Positions 25,980 to 37,287 of a DNA stretch of 64,000 bases are shown here, piece after piece. The DNA is from Camelus dromedarius. Taxonomy: Eukaryota. The stretch spans positions 88,104,001-88,168,000 of the forward strand of contig NC_087437.1 of NCBI RefSeq assembly GCF_036321535.1. The letters are read 5' to 3'. Every line of letters starts with the position of its first letter. The first letter of the stretch is position 1. The notes beneath the pieces are model-generated. The model made no database searches and was not told the DNA's origin. It saw nothing but the letters and a program-made list of their open reading frames with translations. The translations under genes and the position numbers were made by a program.

Positions 25980-26720
25980 GTATAAACTGCAGATTCTGCC
26001 TCCACACTGTCTCTCATCTGTTTCTTCCTTTAAAGTCCTATTGCCAGAATCAAGTTCAGGACTTTATCATCTCTTGCCTGGGTTCATGATTTGCTTTCTA
26101 ACAAGAAGTTAATACGTCCAGTATGCTCTCTGCTCGAATCCATTCAGATTTTTTTTTAGAACTGTACAAAACTTATAGTTCTACTAAAAAGCATCAGTGA
26201 CCACTCATTGACAGATAGCAACTAAATTGACTGTAGACTTCTTTTTATGACTGTCAAAGTCAGCCACAATAATGGTCAATTTATCTTTTAATCTCTTCTC
26301 CCATTGTTCTAAATAGCTGCCAGACTAAATGCTATTTTATGATCAGGCCCCACCAAACACTGCAGGATGCAGTCTGAAATCTCTATGTTGCCACCACCTG
26401 AAGTATGTTCTTCCATATCTCTTATTCAAATGCTATTTATTTAATATCCATTTTAGACACATTCTTTACAAAATTTTTCTGATTTTTCTCAGTTAGATGT
26501 GATCAGTGTTTCCTTCAAATCACCATAACAAAGTAAACAACTTCTATGTCAATCTTTGTTTTTTTCTTTTCTATTATAGTGTTCATTTTTCTTTTGTTTC
26601 ACCTTTTAGATTGTAAATGTGTTAAGGGAAGAAATAGTGTTTTTATTATTTCCTGTATCTTCTATATAGTACATCTCAATGCTTTATATAAAATTAAAGT
26701 TTTGTAAATATTTGTTAGAT
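25980..26720 (+). mobile_element. L2 3' remnant
   Basis: It contains tcatctcttgcctggg, ttagattgtaaatg and the terminal taaatatttgttaga motifs of degenerate L2. Confidence 0.5.
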
Positions 26721-28025
26721 TGAGAGTAATGTGTCACTGATACATTAAAAAATTGATGTAATGTACTCTTAATTATGTCACTGGAAAAGAATATTTAGAA
26801 TACACACAAAGGAGCAACTTAAAATAAAAGGGAATGTATTGTTTTTCAAATGATTTTGGTTGATGGTAGGCTTAAAAGGTGGTGTATGACCTTGCTGGCT
26901 CAAATGAAATGAAATCTCAGAAGCACTGTTCTTTTGTTTTCAAATCCCTATATAAATATGGAAGATAAGCTTATGAAATTGCTTTGGCTCACTGAACTTG
27001 TGGAGTGACTAACTGGGAGATACATATATAATATACAATATATGTAATTAGTATATTATGAATCTTTGCCTGTTCATTTTTACCAATTGGAAAACTAGAG
27101 ATTTTTTTGAAGTCAGTAGACAGTTCTAAGAATTCCTATCACATTCTCGCTAATAAAAGGGAAATAACGTTTAAATTGAAGGTATGGAGCTGTGTAAGTG
27201 CAAAGTACCACAGATGTTTGAGTTAGCTTATTAACATTAATGGAAATGAAATATATTTTATATTTAAAAAAAGAGAGGCATATAATATCTATGGCAAGTA
27301 ACCTAGAGTACTTAGTACCCTAAATTTGATTCTTAAACATGGCAAAGTTAGAACACCTCCCCTTGGACCCTCCCTGAGTTATTTTTACTAGGGTAAGGCT
27401 TTGACTTCAAATGTTGATAATATCTGAGTAAGAAAATATTCTTCTAGGAATTCATCTTAAACAAAAAGAATGTTAAACACGCACAAGTTCAGTAGGCAGA
27501 ATTATTCTGCAGTATCTAACTCATTTTATGATTACTCTTAACTATCTAAATACAAAGACAATATCAACCTCTGACTTTTACATTTCCTCGGGTCATACTA
27601 AGTCTTTCTTAGCTTCTTCCCCCCTCCCCTTTTGTCCAGGGTATGATGGAGAGTGGATAATAGGTAGGAGAAATGTGTGCTTTTTGGTGAATTATATCTT
27701 TTCTATAAAGTAATAGAATCACATAATAAAACAATAGGATTATATAGAAATTGTGGATGGAGGTATGTGTTAATTGAAAATTCTTCTCTAATTGTTTTAA
27801 GACATAAACTGGAAAATCACTGTCATTAATTTTATATATATGTGTGTATTTCCAGTGAGCTTTTTAGGGACATTGCATAGGCAAAATACTGTTTATAAAT
27901 AATAAATTATTTTCTAATCTCACATACTCTAGAATGATGATCAAAGATGTCTTTAAATCAACACATTTTATATGCATGTTGCTATTAAAATATAAATTAT
28001 ATTATTATCATTTTAGCAGCTTTAA

Positions 28026-28031
28026 TTTATT
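28026..28031 (-). terminator. Candidate proximal polyadenylation signal (AATAAA) of HTR1F
   Basis: The plus strand has tttatt about 100 nt downstream of the stop codon. More distal AATAAA hexamers exist (e.g. 26642-26647), so which is used is unknown. Confidence 0.3.
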
Positions 28032-28126
28032 TCTTTCTAAAATTTTAGATGTTTTGTTATTTAGCAATCATTAAGTTACTTCACCTCAAAAGAACCCCAA
28101 CCTTTTCATAATAAACTTTCTTTAAA

Positions 28127-29227
28127 CTAACATCGACATCGCACAAGTTTTTGGAATGCTTTTGTGAAGTCTTCATTAAAGACTGTATAAATCAGTGGGT
28201 TTATAAGGGAATTGAGATATCCAAGCCATGTCAAAAAATTTGACATTTCTTCAGAAATTTTACACTTTTCACAGACATTAACAACCAATTCTTTTACAAA
28301 AAAAGGAAGCCAACATATTACAAATGCACCCAAGATTAATCCCAGGGTAGTGGCAGCTTTGCGTTCTCTTGTGCCTGAGATCTTTTGTCTTCTCCAAGAT
28401 TTCTGATGCTTCAGTTCAGACCCGGGACTTTTCACTGTGCTGTGAATTTTATCAAAGTCCATTGATGGATCAGATAAAGACTTCTCTAGCATGTACGGTG
28501 TGGAGACCAGTCTAGTGCTTTTCTCACTACTCTCCAAAAGGACTTGGCCATTCAGTTCCTCCTTGGCAATCCTACTTGCTTGTCTCTTGTGGTATAACAT
28601 CTTTGCTGCTTTATATATTTTGTAGTAGAGGATCAAAATCAATGTTAATGGGATGTAGAAAGCTCCAAACGTTGAGTAAATAGTGGAAACAATATGGTCG
28701 TGTTTGATGATGCACTCATCCTCTCGGCTAGTTCCTTGGTGCCTCCAGAACAGAGGAGGCATAGAGATAAAAATAGATATAATCCAAACTATGGTAATCA
28801 TAATGCCAGCATGCCTGGGAGTCCTTTTCCTGGCATACTCAACAGCATCTGTGATTGCCCGGTACCTATCCAGAGCTATAGCAGAGAGATGCAAGATGGA
28901 GCATGTGCAGCACGTGATGTCAACGCTTAGCCAAATGTCACAGACCACTTGTCCCATAACCCAGCTCTCTCTCACGATGTACACAATGCTGAAAGGCATC
29001 ACCAGGACAGCTACAAGAAAATCTGTGACTGCAAGGGAGCAAATTAAGTAGTTGGCGGGGTGGTGTAGCTTTCGAGTCACGATAATGGCAGCGATCACAA
29101 GGGAGTTGATGGTCGTTGTCATCAGTGCTAGCCCGGACAGAATGAGGGACACCAGGATTTTGGATGGCATTTTGTTGAACAGTTCTTCAGAGGTCAAGTT
29201 TTGATCAGATGAGTTTAAGACATCCAT
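28127..29227 (-). CDS. HTR1F: 5-hydroxytryptamine (serotonin) receptor 1F, class A GPCR, intronless CDS, 366 aa
   Basis: The ORF has 7 hydrophobic segments, the amine-binding D3.32 (WLSVDITCCT), DRY, CWLPFF and NPLIY. Its length and termini (MDxLNSSDQNLTSEEL...AFQKLVRCRC) match recalled mammalian 5-HT1F. Kozak context is AAAATGG. Confidence 0.98.
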   Translation of the reverse strand: MDVLNSSDQNLTSEELFNKMPSKILVSLILSGLALMTTTINSLVIAAIIVTRKLHHPANYLICSLAVTDFLVAVLVMPFSIVYIVRESWVMGQVVCDIWLSVDITCCTCSILHLSAIALDRYRAITDAVEYARKRTPRHAGIMITIVWIISIFISMPPLFWRHQGTSREDECIIKHDHIVSTIYSTFGAFYIPLTLILILYYKIYKAAKMLYHKRQASRIAKEELNGQVLLESSEKSTRLVSTPYMLEKSLSDPSMDFDKIHSTVKSPGSELKHQKSWRRQKISGTRERKAATTLGLILGAFVICWLPFFVKELVVNVCEKCKISEEMSNFLTWLGYLNSLINPLIYTVFNEDFTKAFQKLVRCRC

Positions 29228-29277
29228 TTTTTTTTAATTTTATTTTAAAAGATTAATATAGCTGAAAAAATGGATAC

Positions 29278-29300
29278 CTGTAACAAAGGAGGGGAAAATA
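29278..29300 (-). promoter_or_regulatory. HTR1F: 3' splice acceptor of the HTR1F coding exon (exon starts at 29277)
   Basis: The minus strand reads tattttcccctcctttgttacag|gtatcc, a polypyrimidine tract plus CAG 50 nt upstream of the ATG. Confidence 0.75.
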
Positions 29301-30909
29301 GTTCAGAGAAGGCTTCAAATATTTTCTTTTCCTTTCAGAATAATTTTTTTAAGTGTACATGTATGTTTTCCTAGAATATTCTATGGATTTAAAAAATGGA
29401 GTTCAGATTGCAGATTTTCTTTTTCTTTTCATTTAATTTAAGAAATGCAACGAGAACAGTAACAAACAATAACTTTAAACATTTCTTCCAAAAGGGCTCA
29501 AATAAATCAATTTTTATGAGTAAATGAACTTATCACTCAGTAAAATCTCTACTGTTATAAAATTGCATTTAAAATCTATATTAATTCTGGCTATGTTTTT
29601 GTCTATGGTAGAAAAAGTTTAAAAAGCACATGTATATACTTAGTACACACTCATTAGTACACACTTGTGCATTATACTGTGTAATACAGGAAAATATTAT
29701 TTTAACTGAAATGGAAGGTAACCTTTAAAAACTGTATAAAAATTTAAAAATGAAAGTATCATTTTAAAGGCTGTATTCAAAATCATAAGCAATTTTGAAC
29801 TTAATTCAAAGTTACATTGAGAATATTATCACTGAGCTTTTGGAGACTAAAGGAACATTTAATGTATTTTATATCAGGATATAAAGGTTCTACAAATAAA
29901 AATAAACACAAATAAAATATGTCTTAGTATATCTCTAACATTCCATGATCATTTTATGAAATTAGAAAATGTCAGTGTTTAGTAGTCTTGTGGATATAAT
30001 AAGTTAATTTGCTTTAAAAAGACGACATAAAATCAGTTGAAACCACACAACCACACAACACTGCCCATTATTACCATGACACCCATGACCAAATAACCCA
30101 CTGAACAAGGTTACCTTGCCAGTAAGGAGAGCTCGTAATAGCAGGCACCCCGAAATGGAAATTGTTCTTTACCAGTCACCATTGTAATGACCATGTAACC
30201 TTACTTTTGAAAGCGAACCCCCCAAACATGGCTTATAATTTTTACTTCAGTCCATGCTCTTACCCACTTGCAAGTTCAAATAAGAGCAAATACAGTGTAA
30301 TGAAATAAGGTTAATCGTTTTTATAAATAGCTTTTTTTCGCATCAGCTCTTCTCGCCTTTAATAATTCTTTTGCAGCTACCTATATCTTTAGAAAGGAGA
30401 TAGAGAAAAGATGGAACACTGAAACTTTATTTTTAGCTCTAACTATTATTATATCTCCTTATTCCTTAAATTATTTTTATGTTAAGTGGTTATGTTTCAT
30501 TTGTTGGAACTGATAGTACAATAATTTTAAATACTTGATATTTTTATATCAAGTGCTTTCTATGAAGTGTGTGTGTACGTGTGTATACATATATACATAT
30601 AATAAGATTATGTATATATTTTTATATATATTATAAAAACTAGGAATGCAGCATATTTAATATTCTACTAAATTTAACTTTTATTTTCTCACATTTTGAA
30701 GGCAGGTGCTGATAGCTTGCTCCTAAGCAAATTGAATGGTGGAAGAAATCCAAATATCTGCTACTCATAAGATAAACAGTCGTCTGGTATGTAGTTGAAA
30801 AGGCGTTATAGCTGTAAGTTATATAGCAACACTTGCCTGTTTGTAAAGGGCAACTAAGACAACTCCAGATAAAGAATGGAGGCTGAAGTCTCCATAGAAA
30901 TTCTAAGCC

Positions 30910-31080
30910 AGTAGTTCTGGAACTTAGTTTGCCTTAGAGTCACCAGGAGGGCTTGTTAAAACATAGATCACTGGGTCCCACCCTCTGGAGTTTGAGATGC
31001 AGTAAGTCCGAGGCAGGGCCCTCAGATCTGCGTTTCTAACAGATCCCACGTGATGCTGATGCTGCTGGCCCAGGGAGCCA
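30910..31080. mobile_element. MER5A hAT DNA transposon
   Basis: It contains agagtcaccaggagggcttgttaaaacatagat...tttctaacagatcccacgtgatgctgatgctgctgg. Confidence 0.85.
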
Positions 31081-32859
31081 GGTTTCTCGGTGGTAATCAG
31101 CGTGGTTGTGCCCCAGCTGTCGGTCTGATCCTTTCACTGCTACAGCACCTGTGAGTTCCTCTCTACTGAGAGCAGCGCTGACATTTCTGCTATACAACTT
31201 TCTCAGCAACTCTCTTTCTCACATTCTTATTTCCTGAGTTTCTCAAATAACTGATCTTACTCTAGCTTCTGATGTTTCTCCGTTCTTAAACCTGACTTCA
31301 TGCAGCTCTTGAATCCCCTGCTCTAGACCTGTTAACCCTATTCCCCCACATCGTTCCCACTCTTTCCGTCCTGTTAGATGAGAGTTATCCCGTATCACCA
31401 TACTTCCTAGCTCAGGGCTGGGTCACGGGCTGTCTCATCTATCTGCACCACCAGGACTATCATGAAAACCCCTAGTATGCACTTCAGTGTCAGTGAACCT
31501 CACAGTCTTTGGTTATTGTCCCTGGAGACATCTGTGGGGGTCAATGGTTACAGGTGAAGTGCTTATTCCAAAGCCAACTAGACATCAGAAACATCTTAGG
31601 TTAATTAATCTCTACCTTGCTTCCAATCCGCCGACATTCTTTCATCATAAAATCTGCACTATACATTCAATACAAAACCTAAATCTTTTCATAATTGGTT
31701 AATTAGTTTGCAAAAGTGTTTATTTAGTATTATGAGAATTGATTCTAAAATGCTGACATCTTCCATAGTATAGGCAAAAAATAACTTTCTACTTTAATTT
31801 GCCTAATAAACAGTTTTGGTACAAGAGCCTCTTCAAGAGATAATCCTGAAATTATATTTTGAATAGAGTATTAAACAAGAAAACTGTCTGGAAATAGTTA
31901 TGCGTGTTTCCATAATACAATTCTGTAGGAAAATGGACCAGCTTAAAATTAGAAGGTGAATTGTTTGATAATTCAACTGATTTCTCTAAGTGTCACACCC
32001 TGTAGCATTTAAATTAGGCTCAATTAAATGGTACTTAATGCTAAGGAAGAAAAGAACCAAAATGTATCATATAAATTCTATTGCATTTTACAAGAAATCT
32101 TCCGATTATTAAATTTAGAAAGTTAATTAATCTTCTGATAATTGTGTATATAGAAAACAAAATAGGAAAACAAATGTAGGTAATCACAGTTGGGTTTTTC
32201 TTTTTGTCTTATTTTCTTTGCCACTTAGAATTTCAATAAACCATCTGCCTTCATAAATTCAGACACACTTCCAATCAGATTCTTTCTAATTCCTTTGTAT
32301 CTTAAGTTCCCACTGTGAGTCCTCATGGTGCTGAGGACAACCTCTGGGCTACTGGACATAGGTCCGTGTCACACACATTTCTCCCCAAAATGCATTCTGT
32401 ATTTTGAATGTCTTCACTGGGAAAAACGCCTACTCTTTAAGTAGAGCCTGTTGTCCCATTAATTATATATAGCCTTCCTGACAATAACAAAGAGAGAAAA
32501 TTTCCCCAGGCTTTATTCAGGATGGTATTTACCGCTGTATTGATGTAGCCACATCATGCATTTTACTTCTCCGCTTACATGGAGTTTTTAAAAATCTAAT
32601 GTTGATTTATATTCAGGGGGCTGTTTAATCTTGATGTTCAACTATATTGTTCTTATTCAAGTTAAACTGTAAGCTCATAGGGGCATAGCTTAATTTATTT
32701 TTTTATTGTAAATAACCTGGGGGGTTATACACAAATAGTTTTAATAATAATACTGTAGAGAGTCAAGAAAGCAAAATTCAATTCTGTCAAGACCTCATGA
32801 GAACCTAGAGCTTGGCTGCACCAATTAGAATAGTGTTTATCTTTTCTGTTTACTTCTGC

Positions 32860-32985
32860 AAGGACTATGCTAGTGCTTCGTATATGTTAACCCATTTAAT
32901 CCTTACTGCTATCTTATGAGGTAAGTACAGCTATTATTTCCCACTTCATGGATATGAAAATTGAGGTATAGAGGTTTAATGAACG
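32860..32985 (-). mobile_element. MIR SINE remnant
   Basis: catttaatccttac...cccacttcatggatatgaaaattgaggtatagagg is a degenerate MIR core. Confidence 0.65.
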
Positions 32986-33339
32986 TCTTTGCAATGAAAC
33001 ATCACAAATGATTGTTGGAACAAACCCATTCTTTCAATCACCATTTTACTGTCTGTGAGTAATTTATTACTAACTTTATTCATGTCATGAGATCTATGAA
33101 GTACTTCTGTGAAATAAAGATTGTTATAGAGTAAGAAGTATGTTCAAATGGAGGCAAATATCCAATAGATCAAATTGCTTATTTCTTGCTGGGAATGTTT
33201 AAGACAGGGACCATGTCTGAATGTGTAAATTGTACAAATGTGTAAAATGTGTAGGGATATGTTCACAGTTTTCAATTTTTTAACTGCCTTTCCAACGCTG
33301 AGTCTTTTCTTTTGCTTGTATTATATTTCTTTGCTCCCA

Positions 33340-33900
33340 TTTATTCCTTTAAGAACTATTTATTGAGGGCTATTTATGGGCTAATTAACCTGGTAGGCAT
33401 AAAAAATACCAACAAACAAATAAACAAGCAATCAAACCTACCCCTATTCAAAACAAAACAGAAAAAAAAGCCCCACACTGTTCTTGTCTTTAAGAAACTA
33501 GCATAGTAATGAAATGCCAAATATTTAGTTATCGTACAATAATACAATGCAATAAGGACACTGTAGAGGTATGTATAAAGTGTCCTAGAAATACTGATGA
33601 GGGAGTGCTAAGCAGACCGTGTTAAAACAGTGAAAACTTCCCCAAGATTGATGGAAAAGCATGAGTAAAGAGGCATAAAAATGCAGGATGCATTCAGACA
33701 TGTGAAATAAGTCAACGTGGATACCACAAAGGCATATCAGCACCAAGGCCAGAAGTAAGGGATGAAAGTTAACTGAGGAAGACAATGAAGGGGCTGGCAT
33801 GTTATGATAAGGACACTGGATTTTATTTCACAGGCAATCAGAATATTTCAAAAATGTTTAAGAAGGTAAGTGAAAGGATAAGATCTGTGTTTTGGCAGAG
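33340..33900 (-). mobile_element. L2 remnant
   Basis: It contains tatttattgagggc...ataaggacactggattttattt...ataagatctgtgtttt. Confidence 0.5.
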
Positions 33901-34869
33901 TAGGGTGTGCAGGCAGAGTGATATGGCCTGAGGAGAGTGGTACCGCCACTCTAGGGAGAAGGCATCAGCCCAAAGATTACAGAGCACTCTTAAGGATGTA
34001 GCTGAAATCAGAACCTTAAGAAGTGTTATTCTCCATCAGCCCCCAAAACACAGATTCTATATCTCAGAGAAATAGATAATTAAATTGAATCAGGATCGGA
34101 TCAGGAATTGAGATACAAACTGGGGTCAAAGGCCAAGAGAAGACAGTGGCGGTGATGCTGGATCAATGCTAGTTTCAGAAAAACCAGGCCAGAGAGGGCA
34201 ATTCTATGAGGAAACAGGCCAGGGTTTAGTAATTCGAGGTCTTGATGAGTTTAAGGAGCAGGTGTAATGTAGGCACAGGTGACGTGCAGAGATGAAAAAA
34301 GGAGAGATTGCAGTTACTTTCAAAGCCTGGGATTGCAGAGTTTCACATTTAAGAAGTGATTCCAGGGCTGGGGTATGGAAATGTTAAGAAATGCTCTAAC
34401 TCTTTCAGACCAGTGAAGACCTGCTTACCAGAGCCTGTGGCTTTGTGGCTACAAAGGCTTTACAGCACTTCTAATGCCAACAAGACATTGCTCAATTCTC
34501 TGTGTATGTGTATACATTTTCTTTTCTATATTTCTTTATCACTGCCCACTGGATTTGATCTCTAAGTTTTTGAATTCTGGTTCTTGATATACTCTGCTCA
34601 GATTTGTCAACTCTGTCAACTCAACTTTCTTTTTGGCATTGAATGCCCACCCCTTCCCACCATGTCTTGCTCCAACTCTGCCCATATCCCATTTAGGTGA
34701 TGTACCTGTGATTCACAGATGTCTCGCCTAGTCTCATTCTCAGCCTGTAGGTTACCTTTTCCTTAGTTTGTCTGCTGGATCCAAAAATTCTTGTTTCTCT
34801 CATACTCAAAAATACATTCACCTTCTCAACTGGCCCGTCAAAACTCCTCCAATCATGGTGCCAGTCTTT

Positions 34870-36040
34870 AAGTCCAAAATCTCATGTTCTGTAGAAGGTC
34901 AAGAAACAGATGAGGCTCCTCGAGGCTGCAGTGCCTCTTGATTCAGAGACCTGTGAACTAAAAAGACAAGCTCTCTGTATCTAATGGTGAATAACTAATA
35001 GTGAGTCAGGACAGGAGAATTGCAATAGACATCCTCTTTCAAAAAGATGAGGAAACAGGAAGTGCATAGTGGCCACTGATCTGAAATCCACCCGGACACA
35101 TGTCAGAGTGCTCTGCTCTGAGGATTAGAAATGCACCTTCATTTGAACCACTTCTGCTCCCTAGTTTGGTTTCCATATCCACTCTACTCTGTGGTTCTTG
35201 AATCCCCTCTCTGGGCTCTTGACTCTGCTCTCAGAGAGGTCTCTTCTTTTCAATGAGAAATGGTCTGGATTTACAGCTAAGTAAACTTTCCAGCCTGCTT
35301 TCTGCCTATAGAGAATTCTACCATTTGGATCTGTCTCTTTACCCTTGGGCCCAAATTACAAGAATTCTCTTAAAAACATTATATTTCCCTGGGAATCTAA
35401 TTGGAAGTCACTATATGCCCAAAGATGCCACATGAATAATTTTTCAAGACAGACTTCCACTTTGCACAGAATGTTGGGGCTGAGGGATGGCACTCTTAAG
35501 ATAAGCCATTTTGTCTAGCTGGGCACTTGCTTAAACCTTTCTGAAGTCTTAGTAAAAGGATTTTATAGCCATACCCTTGATCTATTCTTTACCCTGAGGC
35601 CATTTTTACTTTGAGAATCTTTTGCTACGGGGACAGATCAGTGATGTGAAATAGCTTTGTCTTCCTATCTACAATTCCTGGTTCTTATATATTTCTTCTA
35701 AATTTTGCTTGCAAATTTTAATTCCTCTCTTTCTGTTCTTTATTATTATACACACCTAAAAATCTGTCAGCTGGCACTTTAAACATTCTGCCTTTAAATC
35801 CTCTTGGCCAGATCCACAAGTTCATCAGACACATTTTCTCTTTCGAGTTATTAGAGACCACACTTTTACAAATTGTTTTGCTGCTATTAAATGTGGGTTG
35901 CCCTCTTTCTAGTCTCTAAATTGGTTTCATCCCTTCCTTTCCAGCTTCCACTAAAAATGAGCTCACTAATAGTCTCCTCACTCTTTTTCAGCCTCTGCGT
36001 GCCACCTGGTCCCAAAGCCAATGTCATGCGTATTGATCCT
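34870..36040 (-). mobile_element. MaLR (MLT-int-like) internal sequence remnant
   Basis: gagacctgtgaactaaaaagacaag...caatagacatcctctttcaaaaag resembles antisense MLT internal sequence. Confidence 0.5.
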
Positions 36041-36049
36041 GAGTTGACA

Positions 36050-36580
36050 AGAACAGACTGTCCTGCTGGATTGTTTGCTGTCAATATGGCATCACTATGA
36101 GCTCCCAATTCCTGCCATGTAAAGGGGAAGCTCGGAACTACATTTCCCAGAATCCCTTTCTCTAAAGAGTCTGGCTTCAGAGTTTGGTAACAGGAGGAAT
36201 TTCCAGGAGGTCTGAGAGGCAGAAGAGGGGAGCTGATGACTCTGAAGGTGGCCGCAGCCAGGTGAATGCTCAGACATTGACAGCAGCTTCTGTGTGCGCT
36301 TGGAAATAGTTGTTGGGAATTTTCTCAGCTATTTTTGAGAATTACAACAGTTTCCAAGCAAGCCTTTGAGAACCACCTACTTTGGGGCTTCAGGCTAAGG
36401 TATTTCACTGTCTGCATCTTTAATTTTAGGCAGCAACTGGACTGGATTAAATTTTGACTTTCCTGACCTTTCCCTTAGTTTTTCCAACATCAATGTCAAC
36501 TCCAGCATCTTCATTAAATCCCTTTATTCCAGGAATATTTTGAATGACGCTGTTTCCCTAAGCAGTCCCAGACTTATCCA
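36050..36580 (+). mobile_element. LTR33-like ERVL LTR remnant
   Basis: It contains aactacatttcccagaatccctt and the terminus attaaatccctt...tgtttccct...cagacttatcca. Confidence 0.55.
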
Positions 36581-36709
36581 GGCAGATTCTTTGCTGAGTG
36601 GTTATTGGAAATTAATAACCAAAGCAGCTTTAACCAAATCTTGAAAATAATAAGCAATATTTGCATTAAAACCATTAATGAAAGCAACTTTAAACATTAA
36701 AGCATTAGC

Positions 36710-36833
36710 GGGGGAGAGTAATAGCTCAGTGGTAGAGTGCATACTTAGCATGCACTAGGTCCTGGTTCAAACCCCAGTAACTCCATTAAAAATAAATAAA
36801 TAAACCTAATTTCCTCCCCTCCCCCAAAAAAAC
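36710..36833 (+). mobile_element. Camelid-type tRNA-derived SINE (Vic-1-like)
   Basis: It reads gggggagagtaatagctcagtggtagagtgc...ggttcaaaccccag. The TSD cattaaagcatt is at 36695-36706 and 36834-36845. Confidence 0.9.
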
Positions 36834-37287
36834 CATTAAAGCATTCACCAACTTTAACCAAATCTTAAAAATATTTAGAAAGAAGAGAGGAATTCTGATA
36901 TTAAATTAAATTTACATATTCACACATTTCATTGCTCAAATGACTTTGGTTATTATTTTCAAGAGACACCTCCATGTTAGTCGGCTACAACTGGGAAACT
37001 AATTAAATTGCAGCAATGAAAATCATAGGGAAAACTGCTTGACGTTCAATGGGCGCGGTAAAACTAGCCGCAGAAGCCCCTGCTATAGGAGAGGAAGCCC
37101 AGCCACGTGCACAAACTCAGTATGCTGTACTTCTTCCTTTGTTTGTTGCTGAAACTTAGGAAGGACTCTGAGTGCATGTGGGGGCGATGGGGAGGGGGGT
37201 GGATATGGAAGGATGGGGCTGTGACAGCAGTAAGAACTCATGTTTATTCCTGAGATTGGGGCTTCAGTTTACTAAGAGTCTATCAAG

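Noticed and set aside
28212..29051. Plus-strand ORFs overlapping HTR1F
   Set aside because: These are antisense shadows of the real CDS.
29269..29277. GTATCC after the acceptor, resembling a U12-type 5' splice site
   Set aside because: The sequence is GTATCCATT rather than GTATCCTTT, and an intron starting here would remove the start codon.
30533..30554. 9-bp hairpin acttgatat-tttt-atatcaagt
   Set aside because: It is short and AT-rich, within chance expectation.
36710..36790. tRNA-like sequences with A and B boxes (also near 6800-6875 and 46322-46400)
   Set aside because: They are followed by SINE tails and flanked by TSDs, so they are SINE heads rather than tRNA genes.
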